Below are positions 60,901 to 64,000 of a stretch of DNA of 64,000 bases, one piece after another. How positions within the stretch are numbered: position 1 is the first letter of the stretch; every line of letters begins with the position of its first letter. Position numbers and translations under genes: made by a program. Source of the stretch: Amoebophrya sp. A120 (lineage: Eukaryota > Protista > Dinoflagellata); NCBI GenBank assembly GCA_905178155.1, contig CAJINV010000015.1, forward strand, positions 62,001 through 126,000, read 5' to 3'. The notes below the pieces were generated by a model that saw only the letters and a list, made by a program, of their open reading frames with translations, searched no databases and was not told the origin of the DNA.

Positions 60901-63900
60901 GTGGGAGCTCTTCCCGAACTTGGTGTAAAACAGACGGGTCGTGGAAAAGCAGCGACATAAAGTCACCGTTTGCCGCACGCTGGAGGGTTTTGTGCATTGC
61001 GTCCTTGTCGACCGTAAGTTTTTTCTGGATCTGCGGCAAAAGGCCTGTGTTGGGGGGGCGTTCAGTTTTGCAGATTTTGCATGACAAGTTGAATGAATGT
61101 TCGCAGTGCAGTACTTTTTCAAAGTTTGCCTGTTCTTTCCCTCGCTGGCGAAGGCGCACTAACAAACCAGATGTTAGTTGTACAGCAGAAGCAGTTTGAA
61201 AAGGTCATGTGCGAAAATTTGAGAAGCAAACCACACGAACATACTCACAGCATTCATTTCAAATACCAACTTCCACGGAAGGTGGCGCCGTACTGCCAGA
61301 ACTGTTAGCGGCCGTACCATTGGTCGCCTGCCCATCGCCGGGCCCACTGCCGGTTCCCCCTTGCTCTTTCTTCTCGCCCTTTGTCCAGGGAGGCCAGTAG
61401 CTCGAAATCACATACAATTTTGTTACGGAATTGATCACTTTGGAGAAGTCCTGTTTCATTCGCGTCACGGGCCTGTGGTCCATGCTCCCCTCGACCCGCT
61501 CCTCGCTTCGCAGTACGGACTGGAAGCCGAATACTTCCGCGATATAACCCATCTCCTTCCCCCACTTGAAATGGTCTTCCAACGGGCAATGAACCCCGCA
61601 TTTCGTGAGCCCGGCATCCACGAATTTGGCCCCCTCGAACGCCACGCCGACCGTGCTGCCCGTCGCGAAGGCCATCGCCATCGGGGCGGCGTGCTGGTAC
61701 GCCAGGTCGGCTGCTTCTTTCAGGTTTTTCATCACATCTTGCATGGATTTTTTATTGTCAAAGTTGACTCGGTTGCTGCGGATGTGCGGCTGGGTCCTTC
61801 GCTGGGATCGCGGTTGAGAGGAGGAGGGGCCTGAGATTTGAAGAAGATTATGCACAGGTCCTTTTCGAGCTTTTGCATGACAATCGGATAATTTGATGAG
61901 GCACAGATCATCTTTGGGGTTTATTTCGTCTGTCGCATAGTAAAGTTCCAAATCTTGTTTCTCGGTCCCAGAAAAAATTTCTGAACGACATAAATAGAAA
62001 ACGCAAAACTGACCAGACAGTTGTACCAGCATCTCCCCCCGCAGCACCCGGCTGCCCAAACGTTCTCCCAGCCGCTCCGGAGCTTGGCGCCGGAAGATCC
62101 GCGGCACTTTGTGGCCCGAAAGACATCGGCACCCCCGGCTGGTAACTCGCGGCCTCTTGGTACAACTCTTCTTTAGTTGTGCTGCCCAGCTTTTTGTCTA
62201 CACTTTGCGCCGCTCCTTTCAGGTCACCAATATTCACTTCTTGGATTAAATACTGGAAATCTTCCATTTCTAGCTCCGACAGTTGATCTCTATTCTCGTG
62301 AATCAGATCTGCCATCATGACGCCGAATTCAGCTTCTTCCAGGAGCTCCTCGCCCGAGCGGCAATCCTGTTCGCATATGCATTGCAAATATGTCTGGGTC
62401 TGGAAACTTGTGATGCAAGTCCCTAAACAATAAGTGCTCTCCTGTAATGCGCCACCAAGCATGACAAGTTTTTTCGTGCTTCTGTGCTGCGTACTTCGCA
62501 TGAGCAACTTCGCTTTTGTATGACAGGCAAGAGGGCCTCTACTTGGTGGCCACGCAATACAGAGTGCAGAGTCATGCCAGCCTAGCATGACAAATCTCAA
62601 AATCTTCCAGACCCAGACACTTTTACATTTGATATCGCAGTTCGCATTGCCAATCTGGTCCATCGCATCCACCCGGTCTTGGTACTGCTGCTTTCGCACC
62701 TCAGATAAAAAGAACTCGTCACTCGCCAGATTTTCCAAGTTCTGGCCAGCATCTTGTTGCTGTTCTTTTTCCATTTCTCTCTCCACAACGTTCGTCACGG
62801 TCTCGACCTGTTTCTCGCTCCAGTAACTCTTAAAAAACCCGCCCACGCGCTTCAAAGACCGAATGCCTTGAAAAAATTTTTGCTTCATGCGGCACATGAA
62901 CCCCGGTTTTTGGTCTCGTTGTGACGATGATGTTGATGTGGTCCCAGAGGCTCGAAAAGATCCACTGGGAGCGCCGCCGGCCGTGGTGAGCAGGGCTTGT
63001 TGCATCAAATCCGCTTGAGGACCCGCTTGCGCTTCGGAAGTAGAACCAGGAGGACTATCACCAGCAGCGTTCGTCGTGTGCTGCCATTTGTCCTTCTTCC
63101 GGCCCTTCAATTGCTGCTCCCACACGTTCGCTTGGTCGCAGTTCACGGCTTTGAAGTCCCAGGAAACGTACTTGATCTTATTGCTGGGAGGCGGCTCAGA
63201 AGAAGCCCCCTTAGTAGATGAAGTTTTCCCGAGGGCGCGCCCAGTACTCACGAACGCCGTCGCCCTCGCAGAGCGTCGCTCGCGCTCGGTTTTCGGGATT
63301 TCAACGGGTGGGTAGAAAATTGCTTCACCTTGACCGACTGTGCTTGCGCGCAGGTTGCCCTCTGTACCTGCTTGTCCTTCCATGAAAATGTCTTCACCGG
63401 CACCTCCACTATCCGCGTCTCTGTAATTTTCTGGCGCATCATTATTCGGTTGGATCCGTGACCCGTAATCCCAGGCAGAAATGCGCACAACGCACTGGTC
63501 TCGGGCTCGCCCGGACAAGATTTCCACGTGGGTGTCATGCTCCAGAAAGATACGGAAGGGGTGCTGCTTCGCTTTTTGAATCTCCCAATAGTTTCTCATA
63601 TCAAAATCGAATTGGTTCTCAAAATTGAACACGAGCTGGTTCTGAATCAGTTCGGCATTCACTGTGTTCAGCAATTTCGACGGCTTTAAAAAGTTGCTTT
63701 CACCCTTTTTGCCCCCCGCGTTATCCTGCGTTTTGAAGATCTGCGGAAGCCCTTTTTTGATGAGTTTCGCCATCCCTGCCAGAACACCAGAACTGGTAGA
63801 AGCCGATGCATTATCATAATCTTCTTGATCGCTGGAGGCGTCTTCGAAGCGTCTGTCCTCTTCTTCCTGCATCATTTGCGCTTTTTCCTCTTCCCACTTT

Positions 63901-64000
63901 TTCTGCAATATCAGCCGCTGTCTGTCTTTCTCGTCCTTCCACGCTTGTGGCAGCGAGCCGCTTATGAATTGCAAAAGTATCGTACTCGTACTAATTGCAA
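50363..64000 (-). CDS. Very large multi-exon hypothetical protein, 5' end beyond the window (possible PH-like and EF-like segments)
   Basis: One frame traced by hand from 63962 to the stop at 50363 across 24 complete elements (+5 nt each) and GT-AG introns 61981-62026, 61159-61266 and 51833-52099. Domain guesses are weak. Confidence 0.8.
50775..51037. mobile_element. TIR introner, family A
   Basis: TAT..ATA, TSD TGAGG; left TIR lacks one GTCTGG unit. Confidence 0.9.
51093..51315. mobile_element. Diverged TIR introner, family E-like
   Basis: TATCCCAC..GTGGGATA, flanks CAGGC/CAACC. Confidence 0.75.
51504..51765. mobile_element. TIR introner, family A
   Basis: TAT..ATA, TSD TTGCA. Confidence 0.9.
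51833..52099 (-). other. Canonical GT-AG intron containing an (ATC)n microsatellite
   Basis: G|GTACTT...TTTCAG|CT keeps the frame. Confidence 0.7.
51867..51901. repeat. (GAT)n microsatellite
   Basis: About 11 GAT units inside a canonical intron. Confidence 0.95.
52357..52626. mobile_element. TIR introner, family A
   Basis: TAT..ATA, TSD GTGCG. Confidence 0.9.
52686..53009. mobile_element. TIR introner, family B
   Basis: TAT..ATA, flanks GGACC/GTACC. Confidence 0.9.
53103..53430. mobile_element. TIR introner, family B
   Basis: TAT..ATA, flanks GCTGG/GATGG. Confidence 0.9.
53495..53782. mobile_element. TIR introner, family C
   Basis: CAT..ATA, TSD ACCGC. Confidence 0.88.
53825..54077. mobile_element. 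TIR introner, family A
   Basis: TAT..ATA, TSD GTTGA. Confidence 0.9.
54271..54536. mobile_element. Diverged TIR introner, family A
   Basis: CAT..TTA, TSD TCAAG intact. Confidence 0.8.
54615..54866. mobile_element. TIR introner, family A
   Basis: TAT..ATA, TSD CATCT. Confidence 0.9.
54926..55251. mobile_element. TIR introner, family B
   Basis: TAT..CTA, TSD CTGCA. Confidence 0.88.
55313..55573. mobile_element. TIR introner, family A
   Basis: TAT..ATA, flanks GGCGG/GTCGG. Confidence 0.9.
55636..55956. mobile_element. TIR introner, family B
   Basis: CAT..ATA, TSD AAGCT. Confidence 0.88.
56658..56870. mobile_element. TIR introner, family E
   Basis: TAT..ATA, TSD CGTAC. Confidence 0.9.
56912..57068. 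mobile_element. TIR introner, family D
   Basis: TAT..ATA, TSD TCCGG. Confidence 0.9.
57143..57421. mobile_element. TIR introner, family C
   Basis: GAT..ATA, flanks CAAAG/CAAAC. Confidence 0.88.
57466..57788. mobile_element. TIR introner, family B
   Basis: TAT..ATA, flanks AGCTG/ACCTG. Confidence 0.9.
57899..58175. mobile_element. TIR introner, family C
   Basis: TAT..ATA, TSD TCGCG. Confidence 0.9.
58247..58560. mobile_element. TIR introner, family B
   Basis: TAT..ATA, flanks AGTCA/AGTCG. Confidence 0.9.
58622..58877. mobile_element. TIR introner, family A (diverged)
   Basis: TAT..ATA, TSD TCCTT. Confidence 0.88.
58905..59112. mobile_element. TIR introner, family E
   Basis: TAT..ATA, TSD GTTCT. 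Confidence 0.9.
59179..59430. mobile_element. TIR introner, family A
   Basis: TAT..ATA, TSD CGTAT. Confidence 0.9.
59934..60220. mobile_element. TIR introner, family C
   Basis: TAT..ATA, TSD ACTCG. Confidence 0.9.
61159..61266 (-). other. Canonical GT-AG intron with CTAAC branch-like motif
   Basis: G|GTATTT...CTAAC...TGTTAG|TG keeps the frame. Confidence 0.8.
61981..62026 (-). other. Short 46-nt canonical GT-AG intron
   Basis: G|GTACAA...GTTCAG|AA joins ORFs 61908-63974 and 61259-62107. Confidence 0.7.
62376..62634. mobile_element. TIR introner, family A (in frame, stop-free on the sense strand)
   Basis: TAT..ATA, TSD TCGCA. Confidence 0.9.
63963..64000. mobile_element. TIR introner, family D, truncated by window edge
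   Basis: TATGAATTGCAAAAGTATCGTACTCGTA terminus. Confidence 0.8.

Overview
Eukaryotic DNA, most likely a dinoflagellate-lineage genome of the Amoebophrya/Syndiniales type. This is an inference from a 21/22 match to the dinoflagellate spliced leader at 49621-49642, co-oriented genes and introner-like elements. About ten genes can be reconstructed, all on the minus strand: a CDPK-like pseudokinase with EF-hand-like motifs, Beclin-1/ATG6, a D-serine dehydratase-family PLP enzyme, an LRR plus 2OG-Fe(II) oxygenase-like protein, a gene longer than 13.6 kb running off the right edge, and several hypothetical proteins. The dominant feature is about 65 short (142-328 bp) non-coding elements in at least six terminal-inverted-repeat (TIR) families, all inside coding sequence. 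Most begin TAT and end ATA and are flanked by a 5-bp direct repeat (TSD). At every junction translated by hand, removing the element plus exactly 5 nt restores the reading frame, including conserved Beclin-1, DSD1, kinase and 2OG motifs, with no consistent GT-AG boundary. They therefore look like MITE-like DNA transposons that act as non-canonical introns, alongside ordinary GT-AG introns. No transposase is visible in the window. Family labels are my own, by TIR core: A GTCTGGGTCTGGAA; B CCCCCTCCCCATA; C AAAAACGT.CCCAC; D AAAAGTATCG; E long A-run types; G TATG.C.G.TCA. Coordinates were read by eye and may be off by a base or two. Splicing is inferred from the DNA, not observed.
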